Positions 30,089 through 44,749 of a stretch of 64,000 bases of DNA are shown one piece after another. Every line of letters begins with the position of its first letter. The first letter of the stretch is position 1. The DNA comes from the human T2T-CHM13v2.0 reference genome, Homo sapiens. The DNA lies in the NCBI RefSeq assembly GCF_009914755.1, contig NC_060936.1. The stretch is one strand, 5' to 3'. The notes under the pieces are model-generated. The model saw nothing but the letters and a program-made list of their open reading frames with translations. It made no database searches and was not told the DNA's origin. A program made the translations under genes and the position numbers.

Positions 30089-32351
30089 GTGAGTTTCTTG
30101 ATATGTGCCTGTTACTCCACCAGAAAGCGTTACTTACTCATTTCCAGAGTTTGGGCAGGAGCCATGACAGCCTGTTGATGAGCTTGGCTGAATCATGAAA
30201 TTTGGCCTGGGTTTGAGGGTGGGCAAGAATGGCCGCTTGGATCCTGCTCAAAGTTCTTTCGTTTTAGGTTTACTCCCAAAGCAGCTGAAAGCAGTGCACA
30301 GGATAGAAATGAAACAAGGGTACATTTAGGTGGGTGGCTGCTGCTTCCCATGGCCTCTTGTGTCAACTCCCAAAGAAGCACCCCTCAGAGTCTGCCGATG
30401 TTACCATTCAGTGGGGGAGAAAGATGTTTGCCAGACTGGAGCAGCAGATAACGGCAGGTTCACTGCCTTTATACCCCAGCCACATGGCACCCAGAAGGAA
30501 TAAGAACACCTATTTTATTTAACACCCGGCAATAATTCTGTTAATCAAGCCATGTCACCCAGGTCTAAAGTCTAAGCATTGAGATTCTTCCCATGTCAGC
30601 CTTGGGGCAATCATTCCTTATCTGTACTTTTGCCGTAGGCAGGGCGGTTGCTAGCATTGCTAAAAGGCATCCTTTCTGTTGGGCAGATGCAAAGCTATAC
30701 ATTAGGATGCTTGCTTGACAAGCTAAGTGTGTGCAAGGCACAAAAGTTGCACAACCACAGGTGGTGGCAGTGGCTGCAGGGCCCTGGAGTTCCCATTTCT
30801 GCTTGGGGCCTGGCACAGTGATCTCTGCCTTAGGGTAGACAAGGGAAGTAGGCTTCACTCAGGGTGAAGTCAGACTTGTGAGCAAATCATAAGACTCTTC
30901 CGTGTGGCCACTGTTGCTGCTTGCTGCAACACAAAAGCAGACGCAAATAGGACATCGGGAGCTACATGAAGGGGTTAGATGGCTTTGGAACCCTGGGCTG
31001 CCTGGTGAGCATAAAATTGTCAGTCTGTGGAAGTTGACTCCTGACCAAATGCAAGAGAGGCTGGGGAGGTTGACTATGTACAAGGAGAGGCAGAGATTGG
31101 GACGGGGCAGTCAAGTACAAAGAACCTGCTTTTTCCTTTAGCATCTTTTAGGGAACTACCTTCCTTTGATTCTTAGTCCATGAAATTCAGATGAGGCCCT
31201 CCTCACTCCCTAGCGCCAGCCAGGTGAATCTTAAATCTTGTAGCCACAGTGATTGGTTTAGGGTTAGGCATGTTACCCAAGCCAGGCCACTCAGAGCTTT
31301 CTCTGAGACATTTCTTAGGGCAAGCAAAAAAGATGAACTCCTCCCCCCGTCTTTTCTCCTCCATCCCCACATGACCACTGATGGAATCATTAGATGGGAA
31401 GTTATGTATGTTTAGGGTGGCTAGTGATCATCTTTGCTATTACATGAGGCAGGAGAGTCAACTTGACCGTGAAGCCAACGCTGAGAAAGCAGAGAAAGAT
31501 AAAGAATGAGAGGACTCCAGTGATATCTTTTGGACTCCTGGGTCCTGCTGTATCTGAAGTCATTTATTCCTAGACTTCTCCTTTCTTCCACTTTCTTTGC
31601 TTTCTCCTCCCTTCCCTGCTTTCTTTCTTCCCTTTTCTTTTGTCTCTTTTTCTTTCCTTATTTTTTTCTTGTTTTGATTGAAATTTGTTTGAGTGTGTTT
31701 TTGTCACTTTCAACCAAAAGAATCTGATCAATAAATAATATGATGCACTGGATTAAGTTATTGCTATAAGGGCGTGAAAAGGCTTGAGGTAAAAGGGCTG
31801 TCTATGTTCATGAAAATCCAGGTCTGGCAGGGAAGAAGCAGAGAGAAACTGCCAAGAAAAGCTTAGGAAATGATGCTTCTGACTCTCCAGGGAGCAGAGA
31901 AAGGGAGTTGGGTGGTGACTCACAGTGGGGAGGTGGGAACACATTGGATTGGAAGGGATGGACCACCCATCCTTGTGGGCTTTATTCTATGAGATGCCCT
32001 TGAACCATCCAGTTTCTAGGCAGGTCTTGGAGATCTTGGAAGACCAGGAAACTGGAAGCCTTCCCCCTGGGAGAGAAGGTGATCCCAAGAATAGAGAGGC
32101 AAGAGGCTGGTTAGTGTCTGGCCTATTCCAAGCGCTTCAGGACATACTGTACCTCATTCCCTCTGAGCACTGGAGAGGTCACCATTTCTCTGCTTCATTA
32201 CACCATTAGGCTCAAGCCTGTTGATGTTCTGTGCCTAACCATGTCCCTCATGTTTGCTTTGAAGAGGTTGCACCCAAATTCCCCAGTGGGGGTCTCCACC
32301 ATTATATATAAATAATACCGCTGTAAACCCCCTTTATGTTCATCTATGGCC

Positions 32352-32495
32352 ATTTTCTTTCTTTTTCTTTTCTTTGTAGAGACAGGGTCTTGCTATGTTT
32401 CCCAGGCTGGTCTCAAACTCCTGGCCTCAAGCAATCCTCCCACCTGGGCCTTCCAAAGTGCTGGGATTACAAGCGTGAGCTACCATGCCTGCAGG
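32352..32495 (-). mobile_element. FLAM / Alu left monomer
   Basis: Single antisense left arm. Confidence 0.85.
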
Positions 32496-33760
32496 GCCCC
32501 GTGGCCATTTTCTTAGGATAAACTTCTAGAATGAAATGTACCAGGTCAAAGGTTATGAACATTATTAAGGTTTTCGATTCATTCCAGGAAGAAATATTAT
32601 CTATTACTAGAAAAGAGATGTAAAAAGTTCCAGCCTTTGTCAACTAGGAGAGTGATGATCATCAAATACCACACGTAAGAGGTGACTTGTTTTTCAGAAA
32701 AACAGAGCCATGTCATGATGCCTATAATAAATTAAATTAAGGCCATAAAATAGGGTGTGAGTGCAGCAGATCATGTGGCATTAAACAAATTGGACTGTCT
32801 GGTTCCCTGGAGATATATAAGACAAACACACCAGAGAGGTGATGTAATGGGGTTATCAGGGCATTTCCTTGAGAGTATCCCAACAGTAGCAAGTGTGGTG
32901 GTAGCCACAGTGGCAGAGGCAGCGGTAGCAGCAGCTGTAGTTGCATTTACTTCTGCGTAAGTGGGGTTAGGACCAGAGAGGGCAAAGAGCTAGTCTTTCA
33001 CTCTCAGGAACTTTTTGTCTAATGAGGGAGATCACCAACTGCAAATAAAATTATCCCGAGGGAGAGATTTTGGCCTGGTATAAATAACATTCTAAGTCTA
33101 TTCACAGTTGGAAAGGTTAATGCATTTGAAAGCAATGTGGAAGCCATAAAGCATTATTGATGTGGGGTAGAGTGTTAGGTACTAGGGAGTCAGACAAGAA
33201 AGACCTGGTCCCTATCTGTAAGGAGCTTCCAGTCCCTGGCACAGTTACTCTAGAATGTGATATGAATGTGTAACAGAGGGGTGTGTGTAGGAGGCCCGGT
33301 GGTGGCATGAAGAGGGGAGTGGTTAACTTCACCTGCTGCTTCAGAAGGATTTAGAAGAGGTGACATGACCTGGTTTGTAATGAACGAGTAGAAGTTTGCC
33401 AGGTAGGTAAGTGGGAGAGATGCAAATAGAGTGAAGGGCATTTGTGTGACGTTGGTGGCCCCCACAATTTGGGGAGCAAATAACATGCCCCTGTTAGTCC
33501 TCATAATTTAGTGCTCCAGGCCCCATGTGCAGCAATATCAGGTCTGTGGCCCTCTGAGGCTTCACCCTCTCCCCCAGATCCTTGAGGTTACTAGTGTTGA
33601 GGGGAACTTGGCTCTGGCTGGCAGGGCTCATTGCAGCAGGGGACTGCAGCTAATGAGGAGGAGCCAGGCTAGGCCAGGCAGTTCTCCCTGCAGAAGCCGG
33701 GCAACGTTTGAGGCCTGTGAAAGGAAGTGGATACTGGAGTGATATCTTATCCTGGGGGTA

Positions 33761-34428
<668 letters not shown>

Positions 34429-34585
34429 TAAAGCATAGGCTCCTTGCTCTCCAGGAAGTATGCCCCTAACTGAATTGCTCAAAATTGCCTGCATAAACTC
34501 TTGGTTTTTCCACCAGACCACTTCCACTGGGTGCTCAGCTGCCTGCCCTGGTGTGGGAGGTGCACACATTCTGACCATAGGCATC

Positions 34586-35023
34586 TGTATTCGTTCCCTA
34601 GGGCTGCTATAACAAAGTACCACAAACTGGGTGGCTCCAAGCATGTTTATTGTCTCACAGTGCTGAAGAAATCTACAAGGCCATGCTCCCTGTGAGGTCT
34701 GTATGGTAATCCTTCCTTACCTCTTCCTGGCGCCTGGTGGCTGGCTGGCAATTTTTTGTGTTCCTTGGCCTGTGCAGGCAGCACTCCAATTCTCCATCCT
34801 CATATGGTGTTTTCCCTGTCGCACTGTGTCTTCACATGTCTGGCTCCCTATAAGGACACCAGTCATATTGGATTAGGAGCCCACCCTACTCCAGTATGAC
34901 CTCATCTTAACTGATTACACCTGCAAGGACCCTATTTCCAAATAAGGTTATATTCTTAGGTACTGGGGGCTAGGGGTTAGGACTTCACCATATCCTTTTC
35001 TGGGGGACACAATTCAATCTATA
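34586..35023 (-). mobile_element. MLT1B/C-type MaLR LTR
   Basis: AGGGCTGCTATAACAAAGTACCACAAACTGGGTGGC...GGACACCAGTCATATTGGATTAGG...GGGGGACACAATTCAA. Confidence 0.8.
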
Positions 35024-35028
35024 ATGGG

Positions 35029-35335
35029 TTTTGTTTGTTTGTTTTTGAGGCAGAGTCTCACTCTGTCATCCAGGCTGGAGTGCAGTGGCACGATCTTGGC
35101 TTACTGCAACCTCCGTCCCCTGGGTTCAAGTGACTCTCATGTCTCGGCCTCCAGAGTAGCTAGGATTACAGGCGCGTGCCACCATACCCAGCTAATTTTT
35201 TGTATTTTTTTTTTTAGTAGCGATGGGGTTTCTCCATGCTGGCCAGGCTGGTCTCGAACTCCAGACCTCAGGTGATCCACCCACCTTGGCTTCCGAAAGT
35301 GCTGGGATTACAGACGTGAGACACTGCGCCCGGCC
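35029..35335 (-). mobile_element. AluS
   Basis: TSD CTATAATGGGTTTT. Confidence 0.92.
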
Positions 35336-35831
35336 TATAATGGGTTTTCTGAGAGATGTGGTGGTGGAGCTTTGAGATGGCAAAGACCAGTGCTCCCAGT
35401 ATTTGGAGGTGCTGCTCAGGGGCGACAGCGCAGGAGCATGGTGTTCACCTCTTTCTGCTTGGTGACCCGAGGCTGCCCAGGAGTATGGCTGAGGGGAACT
35501 GGGGCTCTGCTGGAGCCACACAGAGTGATGTTGCATCTGGAGGGAAGGGTGGAGTGGAGTCCCTGTCAAGGGAGCCATTGCTGGGCCTCTTCCCTGCTGT
35601 TCCTCAAGAAAAGGAAACTGCCAGTGTGATGCGCACTCCAGAGCATTTTCCTTTTAGAACAGAGAAGGAGCGGGGAATGCATCTGACTAGGTACCCAGTC
35701 TTGTTTTTGTTTTTCAGAGTTATTCTGGATATTTTTGCTTGCCCATTAATTAAAAAAACCCTGTTCATAATTTTATTGTAATGTCCTGAAATTTAAAGAT
35801 GAGTGAAAGGAGAATTAGCATATATATATAC

Positions 35832-35990
35832 TTTTTTTTTTTGAGACAGGATCTCACTCTGTTGCCCAGGCTGAGTGCAGTGGCACAATCATGACTGACT
35901 GCAGCTTTGCCCTCCCCAACTCAAGCAATCCTCCCGTCTCAGCCTACCAAGTAGCTGGGACTACAGGTACACACCACTACACCTGGCTAA
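35832..35990 (-). mobile_element. Alu right monomer
   Basis: Antisense right arm. Confidence 0.85.
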
Positions 35991-36349
35991 CATCTTTAAT
36001 AAAATTGAGTTTTTCCTACCAGATACACAGTTATTCAATCTATTCAAGAGTCTTTTGTGCTACTCAGTAGTATTTTAATGACTTTTTTTCTTCTAGTTCT
36101 TGCACACTATTTGTTGTTTGCTAGATCTTTTCTCTTTGCTTGCTAATATAACAGGAATCTTTTCTCTCATCTTGTTATCTAATCAGTTGTGCTTTGTGTT
36201 ATAGGAAAGCTGTTGATTTTTGCATAATATTCTTTTGCCTAGTCACTCGCTTCTCTGAATTTTCTTACTATTTGCAGTTGTTTTCAGTTGATTCTGTTAG
36301 GTTTTCTAGGTTTACAATAATATAATTTAATCTCTTTCTTTTTGATATT

Positions 36350-36510
36350 TTTAAAGAGATGGGGTCTTGCTGTGTTTCCCAGGCAGGAGCACAGTGGCTA
36401 TTCATAGGTGCAATCATAGTGCACTGCAGCCTTGAACTCCTGGACTCAAGGGATCCTCCTGCCTCAGCCTCCCTAGTAGCTGGGACTATAGGTGTGCACC
36501 ACTGCACCCC
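36350..36510 (-). mobile_element. FAM (fossil Alu monomer)
   Basis: Retains the 7SL-derived GTGGCTATTCA(T)AGG segment absent from dimeric Alus. Confidence 0.8.
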
Positions 36511-36553
36511 TGATTTTTATACATTTTATTTTTTTCTGTTGTCAAGTTCCATT

Positions 36554-37084
36554 TGTAACCAAATGTAAGTCTGGCTGCTCGCTGCCTGAGAAGCCAAATA
36601 CTCATGAGGCGAGGTGTGGTGAAGCACCAGCAGTTGAAGAAATGGCTAGGCTCATTCTTCCAAAAAAACCATTTCAACTTTTTGGGCTGAGTAAAGGGAT
36701 TTAAGAGGAAAATGTGGTATGGGAAATACGTGGAAATGTCGGGTGCGGGTTCTGCATGTCTCGTTCCGATGGCTATCTTGATAATCGCCCCTCCAGGGGC
36801 CTGGTTGGCGTCAGTCTGACTTTGGCCTGATGGTGGTGGGCTAATCATTTGTAACCTTCCTGCAGGAGGATTCTGCAGCTGGGCCTCTATGCCTGGTTTA
36901 TTTCAGAATTGGTCCCTGGAATTTCTAAGCAAGCACATAATTAGATAAGCAAGCACAGTGCATGGGAGTGCCTGGCGGGAAAGGGAGGAAAACAAAGAGT
37001 TTTAAAGTACATTTCAAGGCTATATTTTGAGTTTAAAGAAAAAAAGTTTTAAAATGCATCTTGAAGCTGAGATACTCGGTTACA
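36554..37084. mobile_element. ERV1-class solo LTR
   Basis: Perfect 7-bp terminal inverted repeats TGTAACC...GGTTACA and 4-bp TSD CATT (36550-36553, 37085-37088). Confidence 0.85.
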
Positions 37085-37233
37085 CATTGACCTATTCAAT
37101 CCTTCCCCACCCATCAGGTAACAGTAGTGTTCTTGGGCATCTTTAGCTAGTTTTTTACTTTACTAGGAATATATCTCTATTTTCCCATCAAGTATGATGC
37201 TGGCTTTGATTCTTCTGGTTAGAGTCATCCTGA

Positions 37234-37838
<605 letters not shown>

Positions 37839-38104
37839 AATCTGTTTTTTTTTTTTTTTTTTTTAAATACAGAATTACCTGTTGAGATTTCAGTTCCTTA
37901 TACAGAGTTGAGCAATTTTTTTTTATCAATGGAGGTTATTTATTCTCATTACTTATTATTTGCATTTATGCTTTTTCTCCTTCCCTGTCCCTTCCCTATG
38001 CAATAATTTGGTTAGTTGATGCTTTAATCTTTTCTGATGCTCTATTGCTTTTCAATTTTCTAATTTAATAATTTCTACATTTATCTTTAAAAAGTCTTTC
38101 TTTA

Positions 38105-38400
38105 GGCTGGGTGCAGTGGCTCACACCTGTAATCCCAGCACTTTGGGAGGCTGAGGTGGGTGGATTATTTGAGCCCCGGAATTCAAGACCAGCCTAGGCA
38201 ACATAGCAAAACGCCATCTCTACTAAAAATACAAAAAATTAGCAGGGTATGGTGGTGTGCACCTGTAGTCCCAGCTACTCAGGAGGCTGAGGTAGGAGGA
38301 TCACCTGAGCCCAGGAAGTTGAGGCTACAGTGAGCGGTGATTATGCCATTGTACTCCAGCCTGGATGATGAGAGTGAGACCCTGCCACACACACACACAA
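38105..38400 (+). mobile_element. AluJ with (CA)n tail
   Basis: TSD AAGTCTTT. Confidence 0.9.
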
Positions 38401-38600
38401 GTCTTTTTTAAGTTATTTTGTGGCTCTTTTTCTAACTTTTTGAGTTGGGTACTTAATTCATTTATTTTCATTTTCATATTTATGTATGTAATTATTTAAA
38501 GCTGTAAAATATGTTTGGTTCTAGTCTTCTGCAGTGTCAGTTGAAAGAGCTGCTTAAGTGTTTAAGAAGTTCTATTTAGTAGAGTTAAAAAAAAAATTGT

Positions 38601-38872
<272 letters not shown>

Positions 38873-39084
38873 ATTGTTACTGATTTCAAGTTTTATTATC
38901 TTATGACAACAGCATGCCTTTCACTCTATCAAAATTATTGAGGGTTTTTTTTTGGCCTAATAATCAATTTTGATAAATATTCCATGAACCATTGAAAAGA
39001 TGTATTCTTTGTTTCCAAAATATAGAATTTAATATATATCAATTGGATCATATGAATTATGTTACTTGGATGTATATCTTTATT

Positions 39085-42000
39085 TTTAAAAATGTTCTAG
39101 TTGATGCATAATAATTATATATATTTATGGGGTACATGTGATATTTTGATACATGCATACAGTATGTATTAATCAAATCAGGGTATTTAGGATATCCATT
39201 ACCTTGAACATTTATTATATCTTTGTTTTGGAAATATTTCAAATCTTCTCTTCTAGCTATTTTGAAATATACAATAAATTGTTGTTAACTGTAGTCACCC
39301 TACTGTGCTATTGGACACTAGAACTTATTTCTTCTAACTGTAGGCTTTTGTCCATTAACCAACCTCTGTTCATTCCCCACCTGCCCTTGCTCTTCCTAGC
39401 CTCTGGTAACTATCATACTGCTCTCTACTTCCATAATATGAACTTTTTTAAGCTCCCATATAAGTGAGAACATGTGATGTTTGTCTTTCTGTACCTGGCT
39501 TATTTCACTTAACATAATGATGTCCAGTTCCATCCATGTTGCTGTGAACAATAGAAATTCATTCTTTTTTTATGCTTAATAGCATTCAGTTGTGTGTAAA
39601 TACATTTTCCTTATTCATTCATCCATTGATGGACACTTAGTTTGATTCCATATCTTGGCTATTGTGAACAGTGCATGGAGATGCAAGTATCCCTTTGATA
39701 TACTGATTTCCTTTCCTTTGGATAAATACCCAGTGATCAGATTGCTGGATCACATGGTAGTTCTATTTTTAGTTTTTTAAGGAACCTCCATACTGTTTTC
39801 CATAATGTCTGTACTAATACACATTGTTACTATCAGTTTATAAGAGTTCCCTTTTCCCTGCATCCTCACCAACATTCGTGTTTTTTTGTCTTTTTGTTAA
39901 TAGCCATCCTGGCTGGGGTGAGATGATATGTCATTGTGGTTTTTATTTGCATTTCCCTAACAGTTAGTGATATTGAGCATTTTTTTCATATACCTGTTGG
40001 CCATTTCTATGTCTTCTTTTGAGAAATATCTACTCAGATCCTTTGTCCATTTTTTCATGGGATTATTTGTTTTATATTTTGCTGTTGAGTTCTTTATATA
40101 TTCTGGATATTAATTCCTTGTTGGATGAATAGTTTGCAAATAATTTCTCTCATTCTACAGGTTGTCTCTTTACTCTGTTGATTGTTTCCTTTGCAGTGAA
40201 AGAGCTTTTTACTTTAATATAGTCCCATTTGTCTATTTTTGTTTTTGTTGCCTATGCTTTTGAAGTCTTAGCCATGAAATATTTTGCCTAGATCCATGTC
40301 CTGAAGCATTTCCTGTATGTTTTCTTCTAGTAGTATTTATAGTTCCTGGTCTTACATTTAAGCCTTTAATTCATGTTGAGTTAATTTTTGTATATGATAA
40401 AAGATAGGGTCCAGTTTCATTCTTCTGCGTATGGATAGCCAGTTTTCCCAGCACCATTTATTGAAGAGGGTGTCCTTTCCCCAGTGCATGTTCTTCATGC
40501 CTTTGTTGAAAATCAGTCAGTTGGCTGTAAATATGTGGATTTATTTCTGGGTTCTCTATTCTGTTTCGTTGGTCTGTGTGTCTGTTTTTATATCGATACC
40601 ATGCTGGTTTTGCTTATTCTAGCTCTGTGGTATATTTTAAAGTCAGGTAGTGTGATGCCTTCAACTTTCTTCTTTTTGCTCAGGATTGCTTTGGCTATTT
40701 GGGATCTTTTTTGGTTTCAGACAAATTTTACGATTATTTTTTCTATTTCTGTGACGAATGTCTTTGGTATTTTTATAGGGACTGCATTGAATCTGTATAT
40801 TGTTTTGGGTAGTATGGTCATTTTAACAATATTAATTCTTCCCATCCATGAGCAGGAGATGTCTTTCTGTTTGCTTGTGCCCTCTTCAATTTCTTTCATC
40901 AGTGTTTTGTAGTTTTCTTGCAGAGATCTCTTACCTCCTTGGTTAAATTTATTCCTGGGTCTTTTTTTTTTTTGTAGCTATTGTAAGTGGGATTGCTTTC
41001 TTTGCTTTTTTTTCCCAGCTAGTTCATTATTGGCATATAGAAATGCTGTTGATTTTTATAGGTTTACCTTGTATACTGCAATTTTACTGACTTTGTTGGT
41101 CAGTTCTAAGAGTTTTTTGGTGGAGTCCTTAGGTTTTTCTATATATAAGTTCATGTCATCTGCAAAGAGCGAAAGTTTGACATCCTCTTTAATCTGAATG
41201 CCTTTTATTTGTTTCTCTTGCCTGATTGCTCTGGCTAGGACGTACAGTATTATTTTGAATAAGAGTGGGCCGGATGTAGTGGCTTACACATGTAATCCTG
41301 GCATTTTGGGAAGCCTAGGCAGGAGGATCACTTGAGCCCAGGAGTTTGAGACCAGCCTGGGCAACATAGTGAGATCTCGTCTCTACAAAAAATCATAAAA
41401 CGAGGTGGGAAGATCACTTAAGTCTGGGAGGTTGAGGTTGCAATGAGTTGTGATTGTGCCACTGTACTCTCACCTGAGTGACAGAGTGAGATACTACCTC
41501 AAAAAAATAATGGTGAAAGTGGACATCCTTGTCTTATTCTAGTTCTTAGAGAAAAGGCTTTCAGCTTTTCCTCATTCAGTATATTAGGTGTGGATTTATT
41601 ACATGTGGGCCTTTATTATATGGAGGTATGTTTCTTTTATGCCTAATATGTTGAGAGCTTTTATCATGAAAGAATGTTGGATTTTACCAAATGCCGTTTT
41701 AGCATCTATGGAAATAATCATATGGTTTTTGGTCCTTCATTCTGTTAATGTGATGTATATTGATTTGCATATGTTCAGCCATTCTTGCATCCCTGTGATA
41801 AATCCCACTTGATTATGATGCAGTATCTTCTTGATGTGCTGTTGGACTTGGTTTGATTTTGTTGAGGGTTTTTTGCCTGTATATTCATCAGGAATATTGG
41901 CCTGTAGTTTTCTTTTTTGTTGTTGTTATATCCTTGTCTATTAGGTTGGTGCAAAAGTAATTGTGGTTTTTACCATTGGAAAAAAAGAAAGTCAAATACC

Positions 42001-42320
42001 GCAATTACTTTTGCACCAACCTAATTTTGATATCACAGTAATGCTGGCCTCATGGAATGAGTTAGAGAGAATTCCCTGCTCTTTGATTTTTTGGAATAGT
42101 TTGAGAAGAACTGATGTTAGTTCTTCTTAAGTGTTTGATAGAATTCAGCAGGAAAGCTATCCAGTTCTGGGTTTTTCTTTGTTGGGAGATATTTTATTAC
42201 TGATTCAATCCTGGTATCTGTTACTGCTCTGTTCAGGTGTTCTGTGTCTTCCCGGTTCAATCTTGGTAGGTGGTAGGTGTTCAGGAATTTATCCATTTCC
42301 TCTAGGTTTTCCAATTGTGA
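39085..42320 (-). mobile_element. L1MA-type LINE-1 (3'UTR and degenerate ORF2) containing an Alu (+, 41268-41508) and MADE1
   Basis: ORF2 remnants in the track ([28 protein letters not shown]; ENLEEMDKFL.TY.LPRLN) and an L1MA-like 3'UTR. Confidence 0.92.
41941..42024. mobile_element. MADE1 (Hsmar1 MITE)
   Basis: Perfect 23-bp TIRs TTAGGTTGGTGCAAAAGTAATTG / CAATTACTTTTGCACCAACCTAA; TA on the left side. Confidence 0.93.
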
Positions 42321-42517
42321 GCTTTACTTATGTTTTGTCTTGCTCTGTCACAGGCTGACAGAGGTAAAATAAGCTCTTCTCAGAATAATGTGTGTTGATT
42401 CTTTCTTGTATGTCCAGTAAACTTTGTTTTATATCTTTGTTGCTATGTTATTTGTTTACTCAGATATTTATTATATCTTCATTGTAATGTAAACCTTTAT
42501 TGTTATAAAGTGCCTAT

Positions 42518-42733
42518 CTTGGACACAAATATGGAAATTACAGACACTGGGGACTCCAAAAGGGGAGAGAGTGGGAGGGAGGCGAGCATTGAAAATTTAC
42601 CTATCAGGTACAGTGTTCACCAGTTGGGTAATGGGCCTACTAGATGCCCAGTCCCCAGCATTACACAATATAACCACATAAAAAATATGCAAATGTACCC
42701 CCGAATCTAAAATAAAATTAAATATAATAATAT
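42518..42733 (+). mobile_element. 5'-truncated L1PB-like 3' end
   Basis: GACACTGGGGACTCCAAAAGGGG...ATGTACCCCCGAATCTAAAATAAA; TSD AGTGCCTAT (42509-42517, 42734-42742). Confidence 0.82.
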
Positions 42734-43159
42734 AGTGCCTATATTTGTCTAGTTTAATAATTTTCCCCTTGAAATCACTATTACCAAAAGGTAAGAGTAC
42801 GACCTCTACTCTCTTCCTTTTTTTTAAATTTACTTGGTATACCTTTGCTCATTCTTTTATCTTTCAAACTTTCTGAGTTACCTTGCTTTAGCCATGATTC
42901 ATAGGCTGGGAATAATCTGTACCTTTGGCATTTTGCCAGCTTAGGACTAGAGCTGTCCTAATTAGTACCCACTGGCCTGGGGAATTTGCCTGTTTGATGG
43001 AGGTCTTTTGTTTTTTTTTTTTTTTTTTTTTGAGAATTTGTGTTTTTGAAAATGTCTCTATTTCACTTTCATTCTCTCCCACCTTTTCTGGCCCTTTATT
43101 TCCCAACTTTTAATTGTGAAAATTTTGAAACAAAGAGATGCTAAAACATAAGGACAATA

Positions 43160-43462
43160 GGCTGGGCACGGCGGCTCTTGCCTGTAATCCCAGCACTTTG
43201 GGAGGACGTGACAGGCAGATTGCTTGAAGCCAGGAGTTTGAGACCAGCCTGGTCAACAAGGTGAAACCCCATCTCTACTAAAAATACAAAAATTATCTGG
43301 GTGTGGTGGCGTACGCTTGTAATTTCAGCTACTCGGGAGGCTGAGGTACGAGAATCACTTGAACCCAGGAGGCAGATGTTGTGGTGAGCCAAAATAGTGC
43401 CGCTGCACTCCAGCCTGAGTGACAGAGTGAGACTCTGTCTCAAAACAAAACAAAACAAAACA
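43160..43462 (+). mobile_element. AluS with (CAAAA)n tail
   Basis: TSD AAGGACAAT. Confidence 0.92.
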
Positions 43463-43655
43463 AGGACAATGAACATCTGTAAAGCTTCCACAATTGTTAA
43501 CATTTTGTCATATTTGCTTTATTTCTCCTTATATAGCTATCTAGGCATATCTATCTGTTTCTGTATCTGTAGTGCTGTATCATTCAAAAGTAAGTTGTAG
43601 ACATCATGGTACTCTACCTTAACACTGCAGCATGCATCTCCTAAGAGTAAGAACT

Positions 43656-43912
43656 GCTCATGCCTATAATCCCAGCACATTGGGAGGCCAAGGTGGGTGG
43701 ATTGCTTGAGCTCAGGAGTTCAAAACCAGCCTGGGTAACATGGTGAAATCCTGTCTCTACAAAAAATACAAAAGTTAGCTGGCCACGAGTGTGCCTGTAG
43801 TGTCAGCTACTCAGGAGGCTGAGGTGGGAGGATCACTTGCATCCAGGAGTTTGAGGCAAGATCTTATCAACTTGGACGACAGAGTGAGACCCCCTGTCTC
43901 AAAAAAAAAAAG
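43656..43912 (+). mobile_element. Alu, 5'-truncated
   Basis: Alu consensus with poly-A. Confidence 0.85.
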
Positions 43913-43984
43913 AGAAAGAATTGTCTTCTACATAACCACATTACCATCATCACACATGAAAATTAACCATGGTGTAAGTCTTTT

Positions 43985-44749
<765 letters not shown>

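Noticed and set aside
40431-42358. Reverse-transcriptase/ORF2-like peptides
   Set aside because: Fragmented old L1 with many stops and nested insertions; not an active element or novel RT system.
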